A stretch of DNA of 64,000 nt from Candidatus Multivorans sp. (GTDB lineage: Bacteria > Acidobacteriota > Thermoanaerobaculia > Multivoradales > Multivoraceae), in NCBI GenBank assembly GCA_965247095.1, contig OZ251997.1, forward strand, positions 3,968,001 through 4,032,000. The letters run 5' to 3'. The notes below the pieces were generated by a model. That model saw nothing but the letters and a program-made list of their open reading frames with translations, searched no databases and was not told the origin of the DNA. Made by a program: the position numbers and the translations under genes. Positions 46,753-55,630 of this stretch are shown here, one piece after another. Every line of letters begins with the position of its first letter. The first letter of the stretch is position 1.

Positions 46753-47115
46753 ATGCGTCACGGAGTTGGCTACAAGAAACTCGGCCGGACCACGGCCCAC
46801 CGGCGGGCCATGTTCCGCAACATGCTCGCCTCCCTGGTCGTACACGGCCGGATCCGGACCACCCTGGCGAAGGCGAAGGCCCTTCGTCCGGTCGCCGAGA
46901 AGCTCGTCACCAGGAGCCGCGAGGACTCCGTCCACGCCCGGCGCCGGGTGCGCCGCTGGCTCCCCAATCGCGACCACGTCAAGAAGCTGTTCGACGAGAT
47001 CGCTCCCCGCTACGCTGACCGCCCCGGCGGCTACCTGCGCATCACCAAGCTCGGCCCCCGCCGCGGCGACGCCGCCGAACTGGCCGTCATCGAGTTCGTC
47101 GACACCGACGAGTAG
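46753..47115 (+). CDS. rplQ: 50S ribosomal protein L17
   Basis: [24 protein letters not shown]. Confidence 0.98.
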   Translation: MRHGVGYKKLGRTTAHRRAMFRNMLASLVVHGRIRTTLAKAKALRPVAEKLVTRSREDSVHARRRVRRWLPNRDHVKKLFDEIAPRYADRPGGYLRITKLGPRRGDAAELAVIEFVDTDE

Positions 47116-47441
47116 CGGCCCTGGGAACCCGGGTGGCGCGGTCCGCGCCACCCGCGACACACTCCGTGCGCCCGTCACCGGGCGCACGGATGACACGCGG
47201 GCGTCTCGCCCGCATCCGGAAACGGCGTGGCGCGGCGGCGTCGGTTGCACCCGCCTGCAGCGGGCCGAAGGAGGGGGTCCCAGCGGCCGCTCGCGCTTTC
47301 GTGGTGAAAAGGGAAGGGTGCGCTCGCTTCGGTCGGCTGCGCTCCGGTTTGGCGTCAGACGATGAGTGGACGTCGGCCGTCGCTTGCCGACAGCCCGCTG
47401 GGACCCCCTCCTTCGGGCCACTGCAGGCTGGACGTTGTCGG
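46888..47441 (+). repeat. ~550-bp direct repeat, copy A (rplQ 3' half + downstream region + hairpin element)
   Basis: Colinear with 49726-50272 with scattered substitutions. Confidence 0.93.
47250..47431 (+). repeat. ~180-bp hairpin element, copy 1
   Basis: 37-nt terminal inverted repeat (3 mismatches) enclosing conserved core TCGCTTCGGTCGGCTGCGCTCCGGTT. Confidence 0.9.
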
Positions 47442-47569
47442 ACGCCGAGGCGGGAGTCCGCGAGGTCGCCTTCATGCCGTTGGTACCGTAGAGTTGGCTT
47501 CGTCGCGACCCCGTTCGGGACCGCTGTTCGCCGGATCGCGCAGTGTGTTTCTCGCACTACACTGAGACC

Positions 47570-48439
47570 ATGGTAAAAGGAAGTTCACTCGTGAAGCCCC
47601 ACTTACTCCCCGCGCTAGCGCTGATAGTGGCGCTACCCGCCGATGCCTATGGCCAAGCGAAGCTCTCTCCCTCGTGGCTAGAGTGTTTCTCGCCCAGCGA
47701 GTGCGAGGTCCGCGTGTTTAGGGCTGGCTGGCACAATAGGAAGGGGCGTTTGCGACTACTCGCGGAACGGGCTGCTAGCACCTGTCAGGTGGCAGGGTAT
47801 TCGCACTATGTTGCAGGGGCGCCCATTAGCGACGTTCGGCACCTCATCCAGCGCGTGTACTTCACACACGACGATGCGCCGCCTGCTCGTCCCTGCTCGT
47901 TCTCCGCGAGTCCTGAACTTGAGGCTGAGGCCAAAGAGATGGCAAGGGTCAACGGTTACTCGTGGCCGGTGGGCCAGGTGCCACTCGAGACAGAACCGTC
48001 GTGGACCTTCGAGCCCGGGGAGAACGACTGGGGCGAGGCAGTGCCGTTCTTGGACGAGATCGCTTCGCCCTTCGTCTCTGCCTTGCGAAGTGACCAAGAT
48101 GACCTTGTCGGGAGTGTGTACCTGACGCGAGACTGCTCTGCCACCTTGACTGTAGGCCGACTCGGTGCTGAACCGGGCGATTGGTGGGCCTACACCGACG
48201 GTCAGTCCGGCTACGACGACCGAGTTTTGGAGGTCCGAGTAGATGGCGCTACGGTCAAGAATCAGGGCCAGCGAGTGACCATACCGACTGCTGGCCTAGT
48301 CGCGTCGAGTGAGCGAACTTTCGGCGTAGCTGTTCGATCTGCGGAGTACGAGGACAACGCAGCGTTCGAGTGGACCGTTGCCGACCGCGACCGGGCGACC
48401 ATAAAGAGACACTTCCCCCACTGCGTAGAGTCGCCTTGA
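47570..48439 (+). CDS. Hypothetical secreted protein
   Basis: 289-aa ORF, signal-peptide-like N-terminus, six Cys, less GC3-biased codons than neighbours; TACACT 6 nt before ATG. Confidence 0.6.
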   Translation: MVKGSSLVKPHLLPALALIVALPADAYGQAKLSPSWLECFSPSECEVRVFRAGWHNRKGRLRLLAERAASTCQVAGYSHYVAGAPISDVRHLIQRVYFTHDDAPPARPCSFSASPELEAEAKEMARVNGYSWPVGQVPLETEPSWTFEPGENDWGEAVPFLDEIASPFVSALRSDQDDLVGSVYLTRDCSATLTVGRLGAEPGDWWAYTDGQSGYDDRVLEVRVDGATVKNQGQRVTIPTAGLVASSERTFGVAVRSAEYEDNAAFEWTVADRDRATIKRHFPHCVESP

Positions 48440-48773
48440 TCGTCAGCAGCTCCCACCAAGGGTCCCGGGCCTCACCCTCCGAGGGCGGGGCGCTATGGAA
48501 GAAGCGGCCTCAGGTCCTCTCCTACGGGCTCGTTTCGACGTAGAAGCGGCACACGACAGGTCGATTTTAGCGATGCCGGTCGGGCTCGGCTCCCGCAGAG
48601 GCGTCGCCGCCGAGCCTTTATCGAATCCGTCGGCGGCGACGAGTAGCTGGATGCGCGCCGATGGCGCCGCAGTCGCTGGAGTGTGGCGGCGTCGGTTACA
48701 CCCGCCTGCAGTGGACTTCTACTCAAGTCTCGTCCGAGGGTCAATGACCGAGGAGTGCATAGCCCGACGACCT

Positions 48774-48953
48774 CCAGCCTGCTGTGGTCCGGGGAGAGGG
48801 TCCCAGGGGGCTGTCGGCAAGCGACGGCCCATGTCCCTCCATGAACCGACACCAAACCGGAGCGCAGCCGACCGAAGCGAACGCTCCCTTCCCTTTTCAC
48901 CCAGAAAGCGTGAGCGGCCCTTGGGACCCTCTCCCCGGACCGCAGCAGGCGGG
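48774..48953 (-). repeat. ~180-bp hairpin element, copy 2
   Basis: Same core on minus strand; stem variant GGGGAGAGGGTCCC/GGGACCCTCTCCCC. Confidence 0.9.
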
Positions 48954-48980
48954 TACCGCCGAGATGCTTCGGCCGGCTAG

Positions 48981-49304
48981 CTAGCTCGACGCCGCCGCTG
49001 GAGCGGCTCGAGCCGGATCTACTCTGATGGTGACCTTGGCATCGGCGTCCAGCGCGGCCAACATCTTCATCAGACGATCCAGCGTGAAGCGTCCGAGGTC
49101 GGCGTTGCGGATGCGAGAGAAGTCCGCCGCGGCGAACCCGCTCAGCTTCGCCGCTCTGCGTACGGTGAGCCCACCGTCGTCCAGCACGGCAATGATCCGC
49201 GTTGCGAGGACAGCCTTGGCCTGCTTGAGGTCGGCCTGAGGGTCGCCGAGGTCCCGGAAGATGTTCCCACTCCCGTGAATAAGCTCGATGTCTTCTTGAC
49301 TCAA
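48981..49304 (-). CDS. XRE/HTH_37-type antitoxin (HigA-like)
   Basis: GSGNIFRDLG, AAKLSG..ADFSRIR, FTLDRLMKML; TTG overlapping toxin stop. Confidence 0.85.
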   Translation of the reverse strand: MSQEDIELIHGSGNIFRDLGDPQADLKQAKAVLATRIIAVLDDGGLTVRRAAKLSGFAAADFSRIRNADLGRFTLDRLMKMLAALDADAKVTIRVDPARAAPAAASS

Positions 49305-49651
49305 GGCAGTAGCTCCTTTCTCAGCCTTGTCAGACGCTTCCGGATCAGGTCGATCTCGCTCTTCGGGGTCCTGATGCCGGATTTCGACTTCTTCTGGTAC
49401 GCGTGGAGAACCCACAGGGACCCGGCCATCTGAGTCAGGTAGACGACCCGGTAGGCATCGGTCCGATAGCGAACGGCGATCTCCAACACACCGGAGCCGA
49501 GACCTGTGAGTGGCTTGGCGATGTCGGCCTTTCCTCCCTCCGCAGCGATTGTCAGGGCGGTGTTCATGCGGTCTCGAACGGTGCCCGGGAACTTCTCGTA
49601 GGCCTTTCGGGCTGCCCGAATCCACCCGATCGGCCGCGTGTCACCGTTCAC
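49301..49651 (-). CDS. RelE/ParE-superfamily toxin (HigB/Gp49-like)
   Basis: AKPLTGLGSGVLEI, AYRVVY, VLHAYQKKS..TPKSEIDLI; toxin-first order; GTCA-TATC-TGAC inverted repeat upstream. Confidence 0.87.
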   Translation of the reverse strand: MNGDTRPIGWIRAARKAYEKFPGTVRDRMNTALTIAAEGGKADIAKPLTGLGSGVLEIAVRYRTDAYRVVYLTQMAGSLWVLHAYQKKSKSGIRTPKSEIDLIRKRLTRLRKELLP

Positions 49652-49725
49652 CCCGGCATGTTGTCAGATATGACTACGCCTGTCAGCCCCCAACCCCCGG
49701 CTTAGCTGGTGAGCTTTGGCCATGA

Positions 49726-49953
49726 CCGGTTGCCGAGAAGATCATCACCCGGAGCCGCGAGGACTCCGTCCACGCCCGGCGACTGGTCCGTCGCTGGCTC
49801 CCCAATCGCGACCACGTCAAGAAGCTGTTCGACGAGATCGGGCCTCGCTTCGCCGACCGCCCCGGCGGCTACCTGCGCATCACCAAGCTCGGCCCCCGCC
49901 GCGGCGACGCCGCCGAACTGGCCGTCATCGAGTTCGTCGACACCGACGAATAG
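49726..49953 (+). pseudogene. rplQ: rplQ 3' fragment (75 codons, no start, in-frame TGA immediately before)
   Basis: [24 protein letters not shown]...IEFVDTDE*, five aa differences from intact L17. Confidence 0.92.
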
Positions 49954-50082
49954 CAGCCTTGGGGACCCGGGTGGCGCGGTCCGCGCCACCCGCGACGCAC
50001 TCCGTGCGCCCGTCACCGGGCGCACGGATGACACCCGGGCGTCTCGCCCGCATCCGGAAGCGGCGCGACGGCGTCGGACCCA

Positions 50083-50263
50083 CCCGCCCGCAGCAGGCCG
50101 AAGGAGGGGGTCCCAGCGGCCGCTCGCGCTTTCTTGGTGAAAAGGGAAGGTTCGCTCGCTTCGGTCGGCTGCGCTCCGGTTTGGCGCCGGTTGATGAAGG
50201 GATATGGGCCGTCGCTTGCCGACAGCCCGCAGGGACCCCCTCCTTCGGCCCACTGCAGGCTGG
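50083..50263 (+). repeat. ~180-bp hairpin element, copy 3
   Basis: Part of direct repeat copy B; same stem type as copy 1. Confidence 0.9.
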
Positions 50264-50481
50264 ACGTTGTCGGGCACCGTGCCGACGGTAGGCGCACACC
50301 GGACGCTGCCTAGCGTTGGCGTCGAGAGCGCCCCACATCTTCATCAGCCGACTGCGGACGTAAGGCGAGAGTCCCTATTGGTCCACATTGTCGGCTTTCT
50401 GGCACGTGAGACGGGCATTTCCGTCAGCTAGTCGCTCAACTGGAGTTGCCCCGGTTTGGTGGACAGTTTGTGTTTAGGGAA

Positions 50482-51330
50482 TCAGGCGGCCTCTCGGTAC
50501 GCCTCTTCGAAGTTGACGGGTGAGCGTTGTCCGATCGCGGAATGGCGACGATGAGTATTGTACCAGCCCTCGATGTAGCGAAAGAGTTCCGCCTTCGCTT
50601 CGGCGTGATTTCGGAACGTTGTCTGGTCGAGCAGCTCGCACTCGAGGCTGGCGAAGAAGCTCTCGGCCATGGCGTTGTCGTAGCAATCTCCGACGGAACC
50701 CATCGAGAGTGCGATGCCGGCATCGCGGCAGCGGTTCCCGAACGTCAGGGAAGTGTACTGGCTGCCTTGATCGGAGTGGTGGATCACGCACTCGGGTCGC
50801 CGCTGGGCAATCGCCATCTCCAGAGCCCTGAGCACGAGGTCGGTTGCCAGAGAAGAGTTCATTGCCCAGCCGACGATTCGCCGACTGAATACGTCCAGGA
50901 CGATCGACAGGTACACGAACCCGGCAAGCGTCGGAACGTAAGTGATGTCCGCGACCCACAGTCGATCCGGGGTCTCAGCCACGAACTGCCGATCAACGAG
51001 GTCCGGCGCCGGGCGAACCGAAGCGGCGCGACGGGTCGTCGTCGGCCGTTTGCGGCGGCTGATGCCCGCCAGGCCGGACTCTCGCATCAGTCTGGCAACG
51101 CGCTTGCGGCTCACTGCGAACCCACAGTCGGCCAGTTCAGCCTGAATCCTCGGCGCCCCGTAGGTCCCTCGGCTCCGTTCGTGAATCGCCCGCACCCGCT
51201 CGGCGAGAGCGGTGTCCGACTTCTCCCTGGCCGACCGCGGGCGCTTCAGCCAGGCGTAGAACCCGCTCGTGGAGACGCCGAGCACGCGGGCCATCGTCGT
51301 GACGCGGAACTCGGCCTGGTGCGCTCTCAT
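50482..51330 (-). CDS. IS3 transposase OrfB (DDE integrase core)
   Basis: WVADITY, HSDQGSQY, DNAMAESFF; frame open upstream to an A-AAA-G -1 slip site. Confidence 0.95.
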   Translation of the reverse strand: MRAHQAEFRVTTMARVLGVSTSGFYAWLKRPRSAREKSDTALAERVRAIHERSRGTYGAPRIQAELADCGFAVSRKRVARLMRESGLAGISRRKRPTTTRRAASVRPAPDLVDRQFVAETPDRLWVADITYVPTLAGFVYLSIVLDVFSRRIVGWAMNSSLATDLVLRALEMAIAQRRPECVIHHSDQGSQYTSLTFGNRCRDAGIALSMGSVGDCYDNAMAESFFASLECELLDQTTFRNHAEAKAELFRYIEGWYNTHRRHSAIGQRSPVNFEEAYREAA

Positions 51331-51635
51331 GAACCGGAAGACCCCTTCGGTTCCGTCTCCCGAGCGAACCAGGCCGTTGCTTTTGCCAGGATCTCCCGCT
51401 CTTCCCGCAGCCGGCGATTCTCCCGGCGCAGACGGCGCAACTCCTCACGCTCCGCCGTCGTGCTCCCGTCGCTGCGGCGACCCTCGTCCCGGTCCGCCTG
51501 GGCGACCCAGTTCCGGATCGACTGCGCTGACGACTCGAACTCGCGGGCTAGTTGGTCCGGGCTCCGCCCGGACCGGACCAGATCCACCATCTGCTGCCGG
51601 TACTCTGCTGGGTACCGGCTCCTTCTTCTCGACAT
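51327..51635 (-). CDS. IS3 transposase OrfA
   Basis: YPAEYR, HTH ..IRNWV, leucine zipper ELRRLRRENRRLREEREILAKA. Confidence 0.93.
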   Translation of the reverse strand: MSRRRSRYPAEYRQQMVDLVRSGRSPDQLAREFESSAQSIRNWVAQADRDEGRRSDGSTTAEREELRRLRRENRRLREEREILAKATAWFARETEPKGSSGS

Positions 51636-51808
51636 CGTGGATACCTCCTCTTCCAAGAATGAGGTGTCCACCAAAACGGGTCAAGCTCACCATCGAAGTG
51701 GATCAGGAGTTGGTTGGGCGCCAAAGGAAGTCTCGTATGAGAGCCGGATGGGACAGTACTCCTTGCTTCTCTCTCAGCCGGAACTCGATGCGGTCGCCGG
51801 GGCAACAC

Positions 51809-51872
51809 GGGGATGAAGTTACGGGCGACCGCCGTGTGGCTGAGCTCCACGACCATGCCCGGATGGTAGCAA
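51809..51872 (-). repeat. Diverged copy of the methyltransferase promoter and first 16 codons
   Basis: Ungapped 51/64 match (hand count) to 55532-55595; MVVELSHTAVARNFIP vs MVVEPSRTPTGLSFIP. Confidence 0.8.
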
Positions 51873-51982
51873 CCTGCTTCGACCGAGATGGCTGCCTCGG
51901 TCCAGCAAGGGGCCGGGCCGCCCAACTCGGTCAGAGAGGATCGCCAGGATCGGCACTCCGGCCGGACGGTGGGTCTGACCCG

Positions 51983-52495
51983 CTACGCGCCGAAGCAGTC
52001 CAGGGCCAGCTCGGAGGTCTTCCGCTCGTGCCATCTGTGCGTGTAGTGCCGGCGAAGCGGCGTACTGCACCGATGGCCGACAGCGACCAGGATCTGCTCG
52101 AGCGAACTGAGTTGCTCGCGGAATCCCAGCATGATGCCGCATCGGAGGCTTGCGTTGTCGGGGCCGCAGAACAGCCAGTGGCTGTCGGTCCTGGTCACGG
52201 CGTGAGCCCAGAGAGATCTCTCCCCATCGTCTAGCTCGGGCAGGTCCGATCTGCTCATCTCCAGCGACGCGTAGTCGCGGTTGCTGACCGTATGGACCGC
52301 GTCGAGCGACTGGCGGAGTTGCTCGGGATCGATGTGCTGCTGGAAGTCCCGGTTCTGATGCCCGGTCTGCGTCTCGGACACGCAGACATCCGTGGTCTGC
52401 ACGCGGTATCCGCCCGCGAGAGCGGTCCATGCACTGGCGCGGTGACACTCGATGATGACGTTGGCGTCGACCAGTACGATGGAACGCTTGTGCAC
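51983..52495 (-). CDS. PIN-like domain protein
   Basis: VLVDANVII, CVSE, LDDGERSL, GPDNA give PIN-type acidic spacing; downstream of HTH-ImmA gene. Confidence 0.65.
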   Translation of the reverse strand: MHKRSIVLVDANVIIECHRASAWTALAGGYRVQTTDVCVSETQTGHQNRDFQQHIDPEQLRQSLDAVHTVSNRDYASLEMSRSDLPELDDGERSLWAHAVTRTDSHWLFCGPDNASLRCGIMLGFREQLSSLEQILVAVGHRCSTPLRRHYTHRWHERKTSELALDCFGA

Positions 52496-52536
52496 GGTCT
52501 TCGATCAGGAACGAGCAGGTTGGAGACTCGGAGCGC

Positions 52537-53688
52537 TCAGATCTCGACCGGGCATGTGAGCCCATGGCTGGCAAGAAGTCGGTCCACGCCCTCGATCGTG
52601 CAGTCGAGCAACGTTGCAGCGCGGCGCATGGAGAGCAACCCCTGGTCGAGCGAGCGGGCGATCACAGCCAGGAACTTCTTCGAGAATGGCGGAGGAGGGC
52701 TGTTTCTCACGACCCAGGTCGTTGCCTCCCTGGATACGGTGGGCTGACCGTTGTTGCGGAGGCGGTCCGGAGGCAATGACCGGGCAGTTTGCCTGGAGAT
52801 CTGACGAAGATCGACGAGCCGCCAACGAAGGGCAGACGAGCTGACGCGGAGCGTCTCGGCGGTCGAGTTGAGTCTCTCGATCAGGGCATCCAGGGCCAGA
52901 TCGGACCAGGGGCCGTCCTGCATCAACGTGGCCTCGGGCATGAGGATCGCGGAGGCGAACTTGTCGGCGAGTTGCTCGGCACGGTCGCGGCTGGTGTCGC
53001 GGGCCGACTCGAGGTGTTGCGGGGGCATGGCGTCCCAGGTGAGGAGATGGAACAGTTCATGCGCGAGGTCGAAGTGACGGCGACCCTCCGCCTCATCTCG
53101 GTTGATCAGCGCCACGTCCAGGCGTGGCAGTCGGCAGGCCGCGCCGGAGATTCCGGGTGGAGCGTCGACCATCAGGACCAGGACACCCAGACGGTCGTCC
53201 ATCGTCTGTGAAAGGCGTTGGGCGGGAACGGGACCGAGATCGAACTCGGCGGCGAAGCGGTTTCCGGCCCACACGGCTTCCTCGTAGCTCGACTGCTTCG
53301 TCAGCCCGAGCGTTCGACGCAGCGGAGGCGGCGCCAGGTCGAGCCGTGTTGCCAGGTGCAGGTGGGCCGCGATCCAGCGGCCGGCACGGTCCTCGTAGTC
53401 GCGGAGTTCGGCGTCGTTGACGCTGGCCCGGCCTCCGGTGTGGGCCAGCCGCCATGAGAAGCGCCCATCGCCGGCGAGGAGAAACGGGTCCGTGAAGTAC
53501 CGAACCGGCGCGTCGAGTTTGTCGACGGCGAGTAGCAGTTCCTCCGCCGTTACTCGGCGATTGCCGGTTTCGATGGCCGATACCGTTTGGCGGTCCTTGA
53601 AGCCGAAGAGGCGGGCCAGTTCTTCCTGGCTGAGGTGGCGCCGCTTCCGCAGCGCCTTGATCCTCGCACCGATGAGGGCGGTCGTCAT
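52537..53688 (-). CDS. XRE HTH + ImmA/IrrE (Peptidase M78-like) protein
   Basis: LSQEELARLFG..VSAIETG HTH; RRHFDLAHELFH (HExxH); EQLADKFASAILMP. Confidence 0.9.
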   Translation of the reverse strand: MTTALIGARIKALRKRRHLSQEELARLFGFKDRQTVSAIETGNRRVTAEELLLAVDKLDAPVRYFTDPFLLAGDGRFSWRLAHTGGRASVNDAELRDYEDRAGRWIAAHLHLATRLDLAPPPLRRTLGLTKQSSYEEAVWAGNRFAAEFDLGPVPAQRLSQTMDDRLGVLVLMVDAPPGISGAACRLPRLDVALINRDEAEGRRHFDLAHELFHLLTWDAMPPQHLESARDTSRDRAEQLADKFASAILMPEATLMQDGPWSDLALDALIERLNSTAETLRVSSSALRWRLVDLRQISRQTARSLPPDRLRNNGQPTVSREATTWVVRNSPPPPFSKKFLAVIARSLDQGLLSMRRAATLLDCTIEGVDRLLASHGLTCPVEI

Positions 53689-53820
53689 GGCGCGGTCGCT
53701 CCGTGGGTGGAAAGGGTCTTGTGTGGGGCTCGACGCTGATTCGCTACGGTACACTCGAAACAGACGACACGCAAGGAGATCTTGCAGATAAAAGAGTGCG
53801 GAACGAGGGCCGCCCGCGGG

Positions 53821-53958
53821 CTAGCCCCCGCGTGGAATGGACGAGCCGGCGGCCGCCAGCCGCCCAGCACAGGACACCGGCTTCAGCGGCTGGTTCGACT
53901 GCGCTGGCGGCATCCCCAAGGCCCTGAGGATTCTCCGTGCCTCTTCAACGTTGGCCAA
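53821..53958 (-). pseudogene. Truncated BsuBI/PstI-type restriction endonuclease N-terminus
   Basis: TTG overlapping MTase end; MANVEEARRILRALGMPPAQSN resembles the family N-terminal EA..IL..LG.P..Q.N pattern, stop after 45 aa. Confidence 0.6.
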
Positions 53959-55579
53959 CGGCGACCTTCCGTGGGATGCCGGCGGACAGAATGTCCGCGA
54001 TCAACCGGTCCAGATTCTCTATCGGGTCGGCGAGTTGCCGGACACGCTCTCCGAGCGCGACGATGGTGTCGTGAGCCGGCAGCGGCATTGCGCGCAGCTC
54101 GGTCGCGTTGACCTGCGTGTTGCCGTTGAGACACCTGAAGTAGGTGTCGAGCAGGCGGCTGTTGTAGAGCGCGGCCAAGCCCCATGCCTCTTCGTCAGAG
54201 AGCGAGCCGGTGCGTCGGTAGATGTAGTTCAGGTGGTTTTCGAGACCCACGCGCGGCACGGACATGGACCGGGCAAGGTACGGCGCCGCGGCCAATCGGC
54301 GGGCCTCCTCCTTCGCGCTGAATCGCCGCATGAGAACGTAGTTGCGGTTCGGAAGGAGCAGTGCCTCGGCGCCTTGGCGCTTGATGTACTCCGGCTTGTG
54401 CCGATGCAGCGGCCAGGTGACCTGCATCGGACGCACGTGATTCATCCAGAGCAACGGAACGTGTGTCTGCGGCACGCGACCTTCACGGTCGACCAGGGTT
54501 CGCGCGCGGAAGGGCACTACGGGTCCCGTGGAGATACCGAAGCCCAGACTGGCCAATGTGTTCGGCCATGCGTCGACCAGGTCAAGAACCTGAGCGTCCT
54601 CGTCGGAGACGGGTAGTCGCAGTACGCGGTCGCGGTCATCGAGATCAAGCGCCGCCTGAAGCGACGTCATACGGCGGTGCGACTCGTTCAGATCGGCAAC
54701 CCCGCGGCTGCTGGATATCACCAACGGAGCTTGGCGATCTTGCCGCGGGCCCTTGAGCCGAGTGCCGTGGAGAATGACATTCTCCTGCAGGACTTCGTCG
54801 CGTTTGAATGCCTCTCGACGCGATCCGAATGCGTGAACCAGGGTCGGACGAATGAGGTTGAAGAAGACCTGCCGGAACTGCCGGAAGTACAAGCCGGAGG
54901 CAAAGCTCCTCGGCGTGATGGAGATGAAGTCGCCACCCGGGCGGACCAGGACGGCGCTGACCGCCATGAACAGGGCGTAGATGTTCGGTTGCCCATGAAC
55001 CACGTTTGAAGCGAGAACCGCCCGCGGGTCGCTCTTGTTGATCTTGAGGTACGGCGGGTTGGAAATGGTGATGTCGAACTCGCGGTCACCTGACTCGTAC
55101 GGAACCAGACTGCCTTCACGCCGGAGTGCTTCCGCGTGCGCCATGACGAAGTCTCTCGACTCGATGCGCGCCGCAAGGCGGATTCCATGCACCTCCATGC
55201 ACCACTCCCGGAGGTAGCCGAGGCCCACCTTCAGAGGGCCGGCCAGTTCGGCGTCTAGCTCGTAGGCGACAAGGTCAATCCGGTTCGTCGATGGGTCGCG
55301 ACCGGCGAGCGCTTCAACGGCCGCGCAGCAGAGGATGCCCGCACCGGCGGCAGGGTCCAAGACCCGAAGGCGGTCACCGCAGACCTGGATCTGGGCCGCC
55401 ATGAAGTCAGCGGCTCCCACAGGCGTCAAGTAGAGGCCGTGCTGCTTTCGGTGCGTCTCGGACTTGGAGGCGACGTGGTATTGGCCGATGCGGTCCGCGT
55501 ACTCGGTAGGTCGCTCCCCCGGCGCTGGAGGGGGGATGAAGCTAAGGCCGGTCGGTGTGCGGCTGGGCTCCACGACCAT
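53945..55579 (-). CDS. N6-adenine DNA methyltransferase, gamma class (Eco57I-domain, BsuBI/PstI-like)
   Basis: GLYLTP, motif I VLDPAAGAG, motif IV SNPPY, ITPRSFASG, STGPVVPFR, RRFSAKEE, ENHLNY, GNTQVNATELR. Confidence 0.9.
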   Translation of the reverse strand: MVVEPSRTPTGLSFIPPPAPGERPTEYADRIGQYHVASKSETHRKQHGLYLTPVGAADFMAAQIQVCGDRLRVLDPAAGAGILCCAAVEALAGRDPSTNRIDLVAYELDAELAGPLKVGLGYLREWCMEVHGIRLAARIESRDFVMAHAEALRREGSLVPYESGDREFDITISNPPYLKINKSDPRAVLASNVVHGQPNIYALFMAVSAVLVRPGGDFISITPRSFASGLYFRQFRQVFFNLIRPTLVHAFGSRREAFKRDEVLQENVILHGTRLKGPRQDRQAPLVISSSRGVADLNESHRRMTSLQAALDLDDRDRVLRLPVSDEDAQVLDLVDAWPNTLASLGFGISTGPVVPFRARTLVDREGRVPQTHVPLLWMNHVRPMQVTWPLHRHKPEYIKRQGAEALLLPNRNYVLMRRFSAKEEARRLAAAPYLARSMSVPRVGLENHLNYIYRRTGSLSDEEAWGLAALYNSRLLDTYFRCLNGNTQVNATELRAMPLPAHDTIVALGERVRQLADPIENLDRLIADILSAGIPRKVAVGQR

Positions 55580-55630
55580 CCGTCGATGGTAGCAAGGGTG
55601 CCAGTCGCCGGCTTCGCGCACCGTCGACAT

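Larger units (their letters stand above)
50441..51689 (-). mobile_element. IS3-family insertion sequence (1249 bp)
   Basis: 25-bp imperfect IRs TGGAGTTGCCCCGGTTTGGTGGACA / TGAGCTTGACCCGTTTTGGTGGACA, TG...CA ends, overlapping orfA/orfB. Confidence 0.95.

Noticed and set aside
48493-48980. ORFs of 130-200 aa overlapping the hairpin elements
   Set aside because: They translate the repeat itself in various frames and are not preserved between copies
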